From the NCBI RefSeq assembly GCF_006345805.1, contig NC_043017.1, positions 27,342,001-27,406,000 of the forward strand: a stretch of DNA of 64,000 bases, read 5' to 3'. Positions 52,861-64,000 of this stretch are shown here, piece by piece (within the stretch, counting starts at the first letter, position 1; each line of letters opens with the position of its first letter). The DNA is from Octopus sinensis. Lineage: Eukaryota. Below the pieces are notes generated by a model. The model did not search any database. It was not told where the DNA came from and saw nothing but the letters and a program-made list of their open reading frames with translations. The position numbers were made by a program, and so were the translations under genes.

Positions 52861-52961
52861 ATGTTCCGGGTTCAGTCCCATTACGTGGTACCTTGGGCAA
52901 ATGTCTTCTATTATAGCCTCGGTCCGACCAAAGACTTGTGACTGGATTTGGAAGACGGAAA

Positions 52962-53011
<50 letters not shown>

Positions 53012-53220
53012 ATGCATATGTGTCTGTGACCTCCCAACATCACTTGACAACCGATGCTGGTGTGTTTACGTCTCTGTAGCTTAGCGATACGGCAAAAGAT
53101 ACCGATCGAATAAGTGATAGGCTTGCAGAGAATAATTCCTGTGGGTAGATTTGCTCGACTAAAGGCGGTGCTCCAGCATGGCCACAGTCAAATGACTGAA
53201 ACAAGTAAAAGAGTAAGAGT
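52861..53220 (+). mobile_element. SINE family A, head-truncated
   Basis: gttccgggttcagtccc...gactgaaacaagtaaaagagtaagag. Confidence 0.88.
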
Positions 53221-53269
53221 ATGTACTTATTTAAATTTTGAATTAGAAGCAGCTCTTATAATGACCCCG

Positions 53270-53700
53270 AATTTAGGCACAACCAGCAATTTATAGGGAG
53301 TGGGTCAGCCAATTTCATCAGCTGTAATGTTCACTTGTTATTTTATCAACCTTGAAAGGAAGAAACACAAAGCCGACCTCGGTGGGATGTGAACTCAGAA
53401 CGTGATGGACAAAATTCGCTACGCCTTTTTACCCGGCGTGCTAACTATGCTGCCAGCTTACAATATTGTAAGGACTTCTCATAATGGTTTCAAATTTTGC
53501 CACAAGGGCAGTAATTTTAGGAAAGGAGATGAGTCGATTACATCTGCAGTGTTCAACTGATACTTATGTTATCAGCAACGAAATGATGAACGTCAAAGTC
53601 GACCTCCGTGGAATTTGAACTCAGAACGTGAAGATGGGCCAAATGCCACAAATAATTTTGTCCGGCGTTCTAGCAAATCTCACCACCTTGTTATAATGCT
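53270..53700 (-). mobile_element. Two degenerate SINE B copies
   Basis: gacctc.gtgg.at.tgaactcagaacgtg motifs occur twice. Confidence 0.7.
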
Positions 53701-53781
53701 GTGTTAATGTAACTCATTCTTACATAACGTATGAGTTGGTTTATGCGTTTATTGACAGCGGTATTCATCTAGGGAAAGTCC

Positions 53782-54266
53782 TCTCTCTCTCTTCTCAGTC
53801 GAAGTCGACTCTCGGTCACTCGTTGGATCAGTGTCCTTCAGTCAGTTCTATCTTTGGCCGCTTCTTTCAGATTGGCTATGTCCATTCCGATATCACTCTT
53901 GATGGTGTCAAGCCAGCGGGTTCTTGGTCGGCCTCTTCCTCTCTTGCTACTGACCATTCCAAGCATGATGTCCTTCTCCAGGGATTCTCTCCGCATAATA
54001 TGACCGAAATATGCTAATCTATGCTTGGTGATCCCAGCTTCTAGCGACATTTTCGGCCTTATCTGGTTAAGAACGTCTCCGTTGGTGAGCCTCACTGTCC
54101 ATGGAATCCGCAAAAATCTTCTCCAACACCAAAGCTCGAATGCATTAATTCTCTTCTGGTCAGCTTTCTTTAGTGTCCAGGTCTCGCATCCATATGTTTC
54201 TATTGGGAAGACAATTGCATTCACTAATCTGCATTTGGTAGCGAGTCTGATGTCTCTACTTTTCCA
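53782..54266 (-). mobile_element. 5'-truncated RTE-clade (BovB-like) LINE
   Basis: WKSRDIRLATKCRLVNAIVFPIETYGCETWTLKKADQKRINAFELWCWRR...RLAYFGHIMRR..LEKDIMLG....KRGRGRPRTRWLD...*RTLIQRVTESRLRL, (GA)n tail, TSD gaaagtcc at 53774-53781 and 54267-54274. Confidence 0.92.
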
Positions 54267-54274
54267 GAAAGTCC

Positions 54275-54410
54275 ATGTGTTTTATTGACACCGGGATCTA
54301 TCCTGGGAAACTCCATGTTTTGTTTATGCGATTATTGACACCCGGATCCAGCCATGGAAACTCCACGTTTTGTCTATGTGATTATTGACAGCGGGATCCA
54401 TCCAGCGAGT
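54275..54410. repeat. ~50-bp minisatellite (ttattgacac..gatc...ggaaactcca.gttttg); a further unit lies left of the RTE insertion
   Basis: Units at about 53748, 54282, 54332 and 54382. Confidence 0.75.
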
Positions 54411-54636
54411 GGTAGCACTTCCGGATATGTTTAAGATTTATTAAACCTAATTTTCAAAGAAATTAAGCTTGTCATGAAGCTAGAGTCTCATTAAACCGAG
54501 ATTTCCATGGTGTATAAAGCGACCGAGGGCACAATAGTCTCGCTTGAATTGAACCGTTATCTTTTGCACGTTTAATCTACCTGCTGTTATTGGTGTTCAC
54601 TTTCAGTGGAGCGAAATGGCACTATGAATTTAACCA

Positions 54637-54772
54637 GTTTGACCAGGGTCTTGGAAGCCAGGAGGCTGCCCCAGGCTCCAGTCTGATCTGGCAGTGTTTC
54701 TACAGCTGGATGCACTGCCAGATCAGACTGGAGCCTGGTGCAGCCTCCTGGCTTCCCAGACCCTGGTCAAAC
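54637..54772. repeat. Near-perfect 60-bp inverted repeat with 16-nt loop
   Basis: 54637-54696 versus reverse complement of 54713-54772: 58 of 60 identical. Confidence 0.97.
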
Positions 54773-55800
54773 CGTCCAACCCGGGAATATGTGGAATAAA
54801 ACCATAAAATCATAATTAACTGACCCTCCTGTTTTATTCAAAAACCCTGATCACTGCTCGATTTGTGAATCAAAACGATGGTAATGAGATCGTGAGTTCA
54901 AATCCACAGAAAAATCGTGACTGGTAATAGCCTCACGGTTTTTAAACGTGAACAACATCATAGAGATAGGAGTAAAATTCATTGAAGGCTTAGACTGGTG
55001 TCTTCGTTTCATGCTCTTGTTTGTTGTGACTGGGGTGCTCGAGTCATTCCCAGTTAGAGGTCCCAGAGTACAGCCGACTACGTCCACCCGCCCTCTAGAA
55101 TGCCGGGCGAAATTCTTAGCGGCATTTGGCCCATCACTACGTACTGAGTTCAAATTCCACCAAGGTCGACTTTACCTTCCCTCATTTCCTTGGTCCTGTG
55201 TCGGCCCCTCTGCATCCTTTAAGGTAACGTCGTACCTCTGGAGATGTTTCCCCGATCACGTCCAGCCACACAGTGCGGGGCCCGTCACAAGACTTGCCAC
55301 GAGGCCTGCCACGAAGCCTCTTCCAGCCCTGGTTATTTTCACAAAATATGATTTGAGAAACTTTTTCCAGGGATTTTTTGCATAAACAATATGCGTTACT
55401 ATGAGATTCGTGATAGCTTTCCCGTCTTAATTCTAGCAGGTACTGTCATTACTTAAAGGATCATTTGCACGTTAATCAGATTATAGACAGTTACCGAATC
55501 ACGCCATCAAGCATGCCAGATGTTCAGTGAACCGCTTGATCTTTCCATTACACTCTTACAGCGTCAGTGGACTAATCAGTAGTCAATTATTTGTTCACGT
55601 GTCGTTGATAGAAGAGGAATTCCAAGGAACATGTCGAGGTTGTTCATTCGTTATGTAAAAGGAAATCATTTTTGGTTCAGCTGTTGGCTTCGAGCTATTA
55701 CGCTAAAATTGTACTTTACGAAGGGGTCATAACGAAGGGGGCAGATATATATTTGCGCATGCAGGTAGCATTTTGTATAACCTTGACATGGGCCTCTGAC

Positions 55801-55842
55801 GATTATTATTATTATTATTATTACTACTACTACTACTACTAC

Positions 55843-55875
<33 letters not shown>

Positions 55876-56179
55876 TACTATAATTATTATTATTATTATT
55901 ACTACTATTATTATTACTATTATTATTATTATTACTACTATATTATTATTATTATTACTACTATTATTATTTATTATTATTATTATTACTACTATAATTA
56001 TTATTATTATTATTACTACTATTATTACTATTATTATTATTATTACTACTATTATTATTATTATTATTACTATTATTATTATTATTATTATTACTATTAT
56101 TATTATTACTATTATTACTATTAAAATTATTACTATTATTATTATTACTATTATTATTTTTATTATTATTATTATTATT
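55801..56179. repeat. (TAT)n/(TAC)n trinucleotide microsatellite
   Basis: Direct inspection. Confidence 0.97.
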
Positions 56180-56845
56180 GAGTGAGAGGGCAGCTCGTGT
56201 GATCAAAGTGACACTTCTGTAAAAATATACGAAGCCTAGTGTACCCATCATGACTACACGTCTAACAAAAGTACACAAGACACGTGAATTATAATAATAA
56301 TAATAATGATAATTTTGGCACAAGAGGGCGATCCCAGTGATCAACTGTGACTTATTTTATCGACCCCGAAAGGTAAAGTTGATCTCAGTGAAATTTGAAC
56401 ACAAACGGAATGCCGCTAACATATTGCCCGGCGTGCACACAGATCTGCCAGCACACAGCGACATGGTGATCTCAGATCATAATAAACAACGTATTATCTT
56501 GCAGGTGGAATCCAGACAGAATTTTCTTCCAATCGAGTATCCAATCTATGTCAAAAGGGTCCTGTATTAAGGTTGTTTAAGGATATTGGTCGTAACACCC
56601 CTGCTTCCAGAGATGAATTATTCAAACACCAAATATTCCCTCTCAACACAGCTATGATCCTTCACCTCTACTTCTCGTGTTCAGAAATTCACATGATGTC
56701 AATGATGCTTAGGTGGTTATGGTCAAACAATTGACGAGCAAATTTGTGGTACTGGGCAAAGTATTTAGTGTAACCCATCTTTTACGATACAAACGATGTA
56801 CATGATACCAATTCCACTCAGAAGTAAAGAGAGCCACTGACTGGT
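56180..56845. repeat. Second copy of the 7820-8330 dispersed repeat, interrupted by a SINE B fragment (~56300-56450)
   Basis: Colinear homology on both sides of the insert. Confidence 0.7.
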
Positions 56846-57743
56846 AATTCATCATCATCGTTGTCGTCGTCATCCTTCTTATTATTATTGATGCTATTAT
56901 TATTATTACTATTAAGGTGGTGTGCTGGCAGATTCGTTTGCACACCGGGCAATATGCTAGCGGCATCCCCTCCGTGTTTATGTTTTTTGTTCAAATTTCA
57001 CCGAGATCAAATTTACATTTCGGGGTCGATAAAATAAGTCTCAGTTGATCACTGGAATCACCCTCTTGTGCCAAAATTATTATTATTATTACTATTATTA
57101 TTATATTATTATTATTATTATTGGCTAAAAGTCTTCGTTGGACAAGGCCATTTTCGTTTCACAAGATTCAATTCTAAACTAATTCCTTTCTGAGAAAATT
57201 CTTCTAAAAGAGATTTATTGGATTAACTAACAGCATTACCTTCGTTCCCATAATGCAACGATAATGAATAATTACCTTGCATTTCCGTCAGCGGCGAACA
57301 GTGATCTTTCACTGACCTGTAAATGAGTCCATTGGGGTAGGAAGAACATCGACTCATCTGACTTGCTCTGAATGATCCAGCATGTGATTAATTATCTTAT
57401 AGTATGTAGGTGTTTTTCAGCTATAAGCTGTCAGCTAATTTTGAAGATATATTTAGATCTGTGCATTTGCATGCAATAGACCTACGTGTTCCGACGAATT
57501 CCGTACGAAGCCACGCACATCTTAAGTCCGGTGAGTGAAATGATTTCTGAAGAAAACGCTTCCTATCCAACGAAATTTTATGTTTTATTGAAAACCCATC
57601 AATTACAATCAACAAATGAGTTGATCTTGTTTATCGATGTTCAATATAACCCGCTTCGTTATGAAATCTGTCGTTTTAGGGCAATACCTTTTATTATTTT
57701 TTTTCTGTTTTTATTAATATTTCGAATGATACTATCGCATGTT

Positions 57744-57780
<37 letters not shown>

Positions 57781-57787
<7 letters not shown>

Positions 57788-58008
57788 TCTTTTAATTGTT
57801 TCAGTCATTCGACTGCGGCCATGCTGGAGCACCGCCTTTAATCGAGCAACTCGACCCCGGGACGTATTCTTTTGTAAGCCCAGTACTTATTCTCTCGGTC
57901 TCTTTTGCCGAACCGCTAAGTGACGGGCACATAAACACACCAGCATCGGTTGTCAAGCTAGGCTAGGGGTACAAACATACGCGCGCACACACACACACAT
58001 ATATATAT

Positions 58009-58069
<61 letters not shown>

Positions 58070-58217
58070 GACGGGTTTCTTTCAGTTTCCGTCTACCAAA
58101 TCCACTCACAAGGCTTTGGTCAGCCCGAGGCTATAGTAGAAGACACTTGCCCAAGGTGCCACACAGTGGGACTGAACCCGGAACCATGTGGTTGTTAAGC
58201 AAGCTACTTGCCACACA
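57781..58217 (-). mobile_element. SINE family A
   Basis: Homologous near-full-length copy. Confidence 0.9.
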
Positions 58218-60700
58218 TAGGATCATTATAAGTGAAATAACATGTTAGAGTCCTAGTTCTATGTAGACGGTCTTTTATAACTTACGCAGTTTTCAATGAA
58301 ACTGGTTCTTCAGCATCAGGCTGGCGAGACTATTTAAAGTAAATTTAAATTTTTCCGTTTCTATTAACCAAAAATTCATTTATATATGGATGACTTATCA
58401 ACTTAAACTTTGCCGCACGTTGAATGTATGATAATAATTGCGTGTATTTCAACATATTTTTTTTTGTTTCGGTGTCAGCACGATACAGAACTGTTCTTCT
58501 ATCATGAATTTGAAATAGTTTTATTAACTCCAAGCATTGAAAAATATGCATGTTCTCTCATACCTCTAATATAATAGACTTCTTCCTCGTATACTTCACT
58601 CTAATTTTTATACCGCTGTTCAGCATAATTTGCTTCAGAATTATAAATTATACTTTGTTATCGCAGGATAAGTTATTCTAGGAATAGATCTTGAATGTTA
58701 TAGTTTTCTAAACCTAAGGTTTATATATATATATATATATGTGTGTGTTTATTTATGCTTGTATGTATGTACGTAATAGATATCAAGTGTTCCCTGATAA
58801 TCCGGTTCGGTTAACAACCAAATGCGCTTGGGACCGCCAATGCAGTGTTTCAGACATCTATAACGTTTAAATGTACGTACGAACAAATAATATAAAGTTG
58901 TCTTTACTATAGTTTCACGTGTGTGTGTGTGTGTGTATTCGTGTTGATCGATCGATAGATAGATAGATAGATAAATACATAGATAGATGAGAAATAGATA
59001 GATAGATAGATAAATACATAGATAGATGAGAAATAGATAGATAGATAGATAGATCTGTATCCATATATTTACGCGCGCACGCTTGTTTGTATATTGCCTC
59101 GTATGTCTGCATACGTACATTAATATGTGAATGTTTGTCGGGAACGAAGAGGAAGGAAGCGAAGTAGAAAACGATTGAGTGAATGGATGACAAGGAGATG
59201 TTGATAAAGAGAGAGAGAGAGAGAGAGAAGGGGGGAATAAGATAGCGATAGAAGAATGAGCAAAAGAAAGCGAGTGAGAAAGATAGAGTAAGCCCATACA
59301 TAGCTTTATATTACATTACATTATATTATATATATAGAACTCATTTATATCAGAAGCTACACATCAGTAAAAATTCCAGCTCGCTACCATTTATAATTCT
59401 CCTTCGATTTGTATTTGATTAAAATCGCATTTGCTCTCACATCGTCTGCTCAACTTTCGTCGTCTGCAACGAATTTTATCGTCTGCCCTTTCGCACAAGC
59501 TTAGAGACCACGTTGCATTTGACTTCGTCTACTACACACACACAGCTTTGTTTTTGTTTAGTTTAACCTTCCTATTTTATTCTGCTGCCATACTATTTCC
59601 TTCTATATCAGTTATTCCAATTATATCTACATTTTCTCCATTTATTTGATTTTCAGCTGATTTCGATTTTTCTACGCTTCTTTTTTTTTCCCCCCTTCTG
59701 TCTCTAGTTTTATTTCTGTCTTTCATTATTTTGTTCAGCTCATTCTATTTTCCTTTTCTTTTGTGTGTGTGTGTGTTTTGTGTCATTTAATGTCGTTCTT
59801 TTCTTCATTCAAGCACCAATTTATTTATTTGCGTTACCTGTTTCTCCATCTCATAAGCATTTTATTTTTGGCAGCATTATATTTTATTATCATTTTACCT
59901 TACTGGTTTTATTTCTTTCTTTCTAGATCACTTCTCCCTTCTTCATTCTTCTTTCTTTCTTTCACTTACTTTTTGTATTTATTTATTTCTAGTCCCTCTT
60001 TTTCACATGCTCATTTACGTTCACTTCTTCAATCGCTTAAAACAATCTTTAAATTCATTTGTTTCAGCTGCCTCGAATTCTATTTATTCTCACCTTCAAT
60101 CTTAACATCATCTTACAATTCTATTCTTGTTTTTTTCTCTTCTTTCATCCTTCTTTCTTCTTTTATTTTACTTAATCATTTATCATTAATATTTTCTTCT
60201 TTAACCAATCAAAATTGCTCTTCGTTTTCACCCTATTTTCCTTTCTATATTTCGTTTCCATGTTCATTCATTCAACAAGTACATTCTTTCATTCACTTAT
60301 ATTCTCTTTCGAAAGATCTCCTTCTTCGCCTATTCTCAGTACTTCATCCATTTCTTTATTCCTTTTATTTTTATTCTCCACGTAACTGCATCATTCCTCC
60401 TTCCTGATTCTGAATAAATCGCATAAATTATTGTTCTTGCGTTTCTCGTTATTTCACTCAATCACTTTCGCCTCTACATCCATTCACCTGGTAGAAACCT
60501 ATACCACAATTATCTTTCTAACCCATATTCTATTCATTTGCACGTTTTGTTATATCGTAGGTTATTTCACTGATTCCTTTATTCACTCTGACGCTCAAAT
60601 TTTCAGAGTCCATTTAAACTTATCTCACCCATTCTTGAAAACAATTGTTTCCTTCCGTGACTCATTCATGCGTTTATTTATTTCGTCACTCTCTATATAT

Positions 60701-60909
60701 TTCTTTACTGCCCATGAGGGGCTAAACATAGAGGGGACAAACAAGGACAGTCATAGGTATTAAGTCGATTACATCGATCCCAGTGCGTAACTGGCACTTT
60801 ATTTATCGACCCCGAAAGGATGAAAGGTAAAGTCGACCTCGGCGGAATTTGAACTCAGAACGTAACGGCAGACGAAATACCGCTAAGCATTTCTGCCAGC
60901 TCGCCGCCT
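60701..60909 (-). mobile_element. SINE family B
   Basis: Minus strand ggcggcgagctggcagaaatgcttagcggtatttc...ccctcatgggcagtaaagaaa. Confidence 0.9.
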
Positions 60910-61149
60910 TTCGTCACTCTATATAAACCTATTCCTTCCTTTCTTTTCTTGTAGAATATTTTTCATTCATTCACCACTTATTATTATTATTCATGTTAAA
61001 CCTTATATATTACGTTCATTCGCTTAGGGATTTTAAAATGCTTATAAACTCCGCTCTTATAGACTTGTACGAAGCCATACGCTTCGTATTACAGGCATTC
61101 GTATATTTTAATGTTTCCTCACTTAAATATGTGTCTGTGAAGTCTCGTT

Positions 61150-61420
61150 GGCAAGTGTTGGAACATAGTACTTATATAAAACATTGGTTTCAGTCTCCGA
61201 ATCCCGTAGTGCCTTGTATTCTTGAGAAACCCATTTCATTGATCTGGTCTATTCGTTTTTAAATAAATTAACCGGAAAGCCGCACTGGCCTGCTGTCCAA
61301 GTACAGATTTGCAGTTTCCGTCGCTTATACACCAAGGAGACCAGAATATGTTGTTCTTAATGAGTCCAAGCAATCGTGTGAGACTTAAGTAAAAGTCTGA
61401 GCATTTTATTTATTTATTGT
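61150..61420 (-). pseudogene. Possible highly decayed RTE-like reverse transcriptase C-terminal fragment
   Basis: SPWCISDGNCKSVLGQQASAAF...RLKPMFYKYYVPTLANET resembles the RTE 'SDG.C..EI..RI..A..AF' and 'Y..PVL.YG.ET' motifs. Confidence 0.3.
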
Positions 61421-62472
61421 TCCCAAGCTTTATAACCTCATTCCCGCACTCCCTTATATAATTTATTTCGTTCTAAATGACATACACTCTGCTTTATTTA
61501 ATATAAACTCATTTACTCAATCCCTTCTATATTCTCGTTTGATCTATATTACATTTATTGATATATATTCTTTTTGAAATATTGTATAAGCCGATTTCCT
61601 CCAAATCTGCCATATTTTCTTTCGTTCTACAAAATATCAATTCGTTTATTCAATGGTCAATCCGCATAAAATCATTCGCTCAGTCCACCTTCGCACGATT
61701 TCGTTCTATATTAGATTTTCTTCTTTTATTTATTCTCCAATCTATATCAGCTTATTTCATTACCATTCGCAAATTTAATTTTGCGGTATATGTTCATTCA
61801 GACATTTTTTTTATAACTTTATTTTTTCAAACCTTTTACAAAGATGTCTTCACTTCATTCATTTTCTGAGCTATTCATCTTTAAAAATCCATTCGTATAA
61901 CCCACTATATATCTCTTACATTTTCCATTTATCATTTCATTAATTCGTGTAAAAATTCTACATCTTTCTTCACTTAGTTTTTCTTCACTGCTTTTTACTT
62001 CATTTTGCTCATTCATCCGTTTACATTTTGTCAATGAATAAAATTTTTATATACATTTAATTGTATTCATGTTCTCCTTTCCATTCACCTGCTTTTTACG
62101 TTTGTCACATGCACCCATTTTCTCATACATGTTCTACCAATAGCGCCATTATTTATCTACTCACATTTCTTAATTTTTTAATATTTTTTGTTTCATTCTT
62201 AACTTCTTCCAAACCTTTAATTCATCTTACTTTGTGTCATCAGTATTCCTATCTTCGTTCATTCCTCTGTTCCTTCAATCTTTTAGGCGTCTAATGAATC
62301 GATGTTTTTAGCTCTTTCATACAGTACAAAATCCTTCTTTTCATATTGAGCATTTTACTCTCCCGTTAGTGCTACATCAGCGTTAACACTCACACGTACA
62401 TGTACAAGTAACGAGGACATCACAAAACCCAATAACCCAATCTTTTTGGCGTCTAATGAATCGATGTTCTTA

Positions 62473-62881
62473 GGCGCAGGAGTGACTGTGTGGTAAGTAG
62501 CTTGTTTACCAACCACATGGTTCTGGGTTAATCTCAATGCGTGGCACCTTGGGCAAGTGTCTTCTACTATAGCCTCGGGCCAACCAAAGCCTTGTGAGTG
62601 GATTTGGTTGACGGAAACTGAAAGAAGCCCGTCCTATATATGAATATATATGTATGTGCGTGTGTATGTTTGTGTGTCTGTGTTTGTCCCCCTAGCATTG
62701 CTTGACAACCGATGCTGGTGTGTTTATGTCCCCGTTACTTAGCGGTTCGGCAAAATAGACCGATAGAATAAGTACTGGGCTTATAAAAAATAAGTCCCGG
62801 GGTCGAGTTGCTCGATTAAAGGCGGTGCACCAGCATGGCCGCAGTCAAATGACTGAAACAAGTAAAAAGAGAAAAAGAGAG
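62473..62881 (+). mobile_element. SINE family A inside the second unit of a local tandem duplication
   Basis: Full-length copy; flanks duplicate 62286-62438. Confidence 0.9.
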
Positions 62882-63269
62882 TTCTTTCATACAGTAGAAA
62901 ATCCTTCTATTCATGTTGAGTATTTCACTCTCCCGATAGAGCAACATCAGCGTTAACACTCTCACATACGTGTACAACTAATGAGGACATCACAAAACCC
63001 AATGACCTTCGTATTGCAATCCAACACAGACTTTGAAAAAATGTGGCCGGATTTATTGGGTGTTTTAGTTAAAGATATGCAATGTCTAAATTAAATATCA
63101 CATAATTATGAGCACATAATTGATAGTATATTTAATCATTCTTAAAAATACTTTCGACAAAATAACCACAAAATCTACAAAAATGTTCACAAGAAGCACA
63201 AATTCTCCTTCAAATTCATTCACATATGCACATACCCCCCCCACACACACAGTAAGCATTCTGTTTCTT

Positions 63270-63490
63270 TATTACCCACAAGGGGCTAAACATAGAGGGG
63301 ACAAACAAGGACAAACCAATGGATTAAGTCGATCACATCGACCCCAGTGCGTAACTGGTACTTTATTTATCGACCCCCCGAACGGATGAAAGGCAAAGTC
63401 GACCTCGGCGGAATTTGAACTCGGAACGTAACGGCAGACGAAATACGGCTACGCATTTCGCCCGGCGTGCTAACGTTTCTGCCAGCTCGC
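63270..63490 (-). mobile_element. SINE family B
   Basis: Near-consensus copy. Confidence 0.9.
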
Positions 63491-63564
63491 ATTCCTCATA
63501 CTAATAAGTATAACCCAATTTGTCCATCTCATCTTGAAGGTACAGCAACATAAATGTACACATA

Positions 63565-63995
63565 GGCGCAGGAGTGGCTATGTGGTAAGTATCTTGCTAA
63601 CAAACCACATGCTTCAGGATTCAGTCCCACTGCGTTGCATCTTGGGCAAGTGTTTTCTGCTATAGCCTCGGGCCGACCAATGCCTTGTGAGTGGATTTGG
63701 TAGACGGAAACTGAAAGAAGCCTGTCGTATATATGTATATCTATATGTATGTGTGTGTGTGTATGTGTGTATGTTTGTGTGTCTGTGTTTGTCCCCCTAG
63801 CATTGCTTGACAACCGATGCTAGTGTGTTTACGTCCCCATCACCTAGCGGTTCGGCAAAAGAGACCGATAGAATATGTACTGGGCTTACAAAAGAATAAG
63901 TCCCGGGGAGGGGGCGATTTGCTCGATTAAAAGGCGGTGCTCCAGCATGGTCGCGGTCAAATGACATGAAACAAGTAAAAGAGTAAAGGAGTAAG
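63565..63995 (+). mobile_element. SINE family A
   Basis: Full-length copy. Confidence 0.9.
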
Positions 63996-64000
63996 ATGCA

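Noticed and set aside
57270-57380. Possible minus-strand exon ending at gcaag|gtaatt or cag|gtcagt
   Set aside because: Ambiguous acceptor and no recognisable peptide in any frame.

Overview
AT-rich eukaryotic DNA saturated with microsatellites and SINEs. The SINE families and the (TA)n/(TG)n load resemble an octopus genome; that assignment is an inference. No host protein-coding gene can be supported: most ORFs in the track are microsatellite or SINE artefacts. Recognisable coding remnants are all transposon-derived: two mariner transposase pseudogenes, an RTE/BovB-like 3' fragment, an R4/Dong-like 3' fragment and a CCHC zinc-knuckle ORF1-like element. There are dozens of tRNA-headed SINE copies of four types, several MITEs, a Helitron-like end and a 100-N gap. 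Most notable are (1) six type I hammerhead ribozyme motifs from about five unrelated small elements of Penelope-like/retrozyme style, three families having different self-complementary 8-nt helix III palindromes and one family having a ribozyme core flipped between inverted repeats; (2) two tandem ORF1-only LINE-like copies inserted at the same 14-bp site inside a SINE; and (3) a near-perfect 60-bp hairpin.
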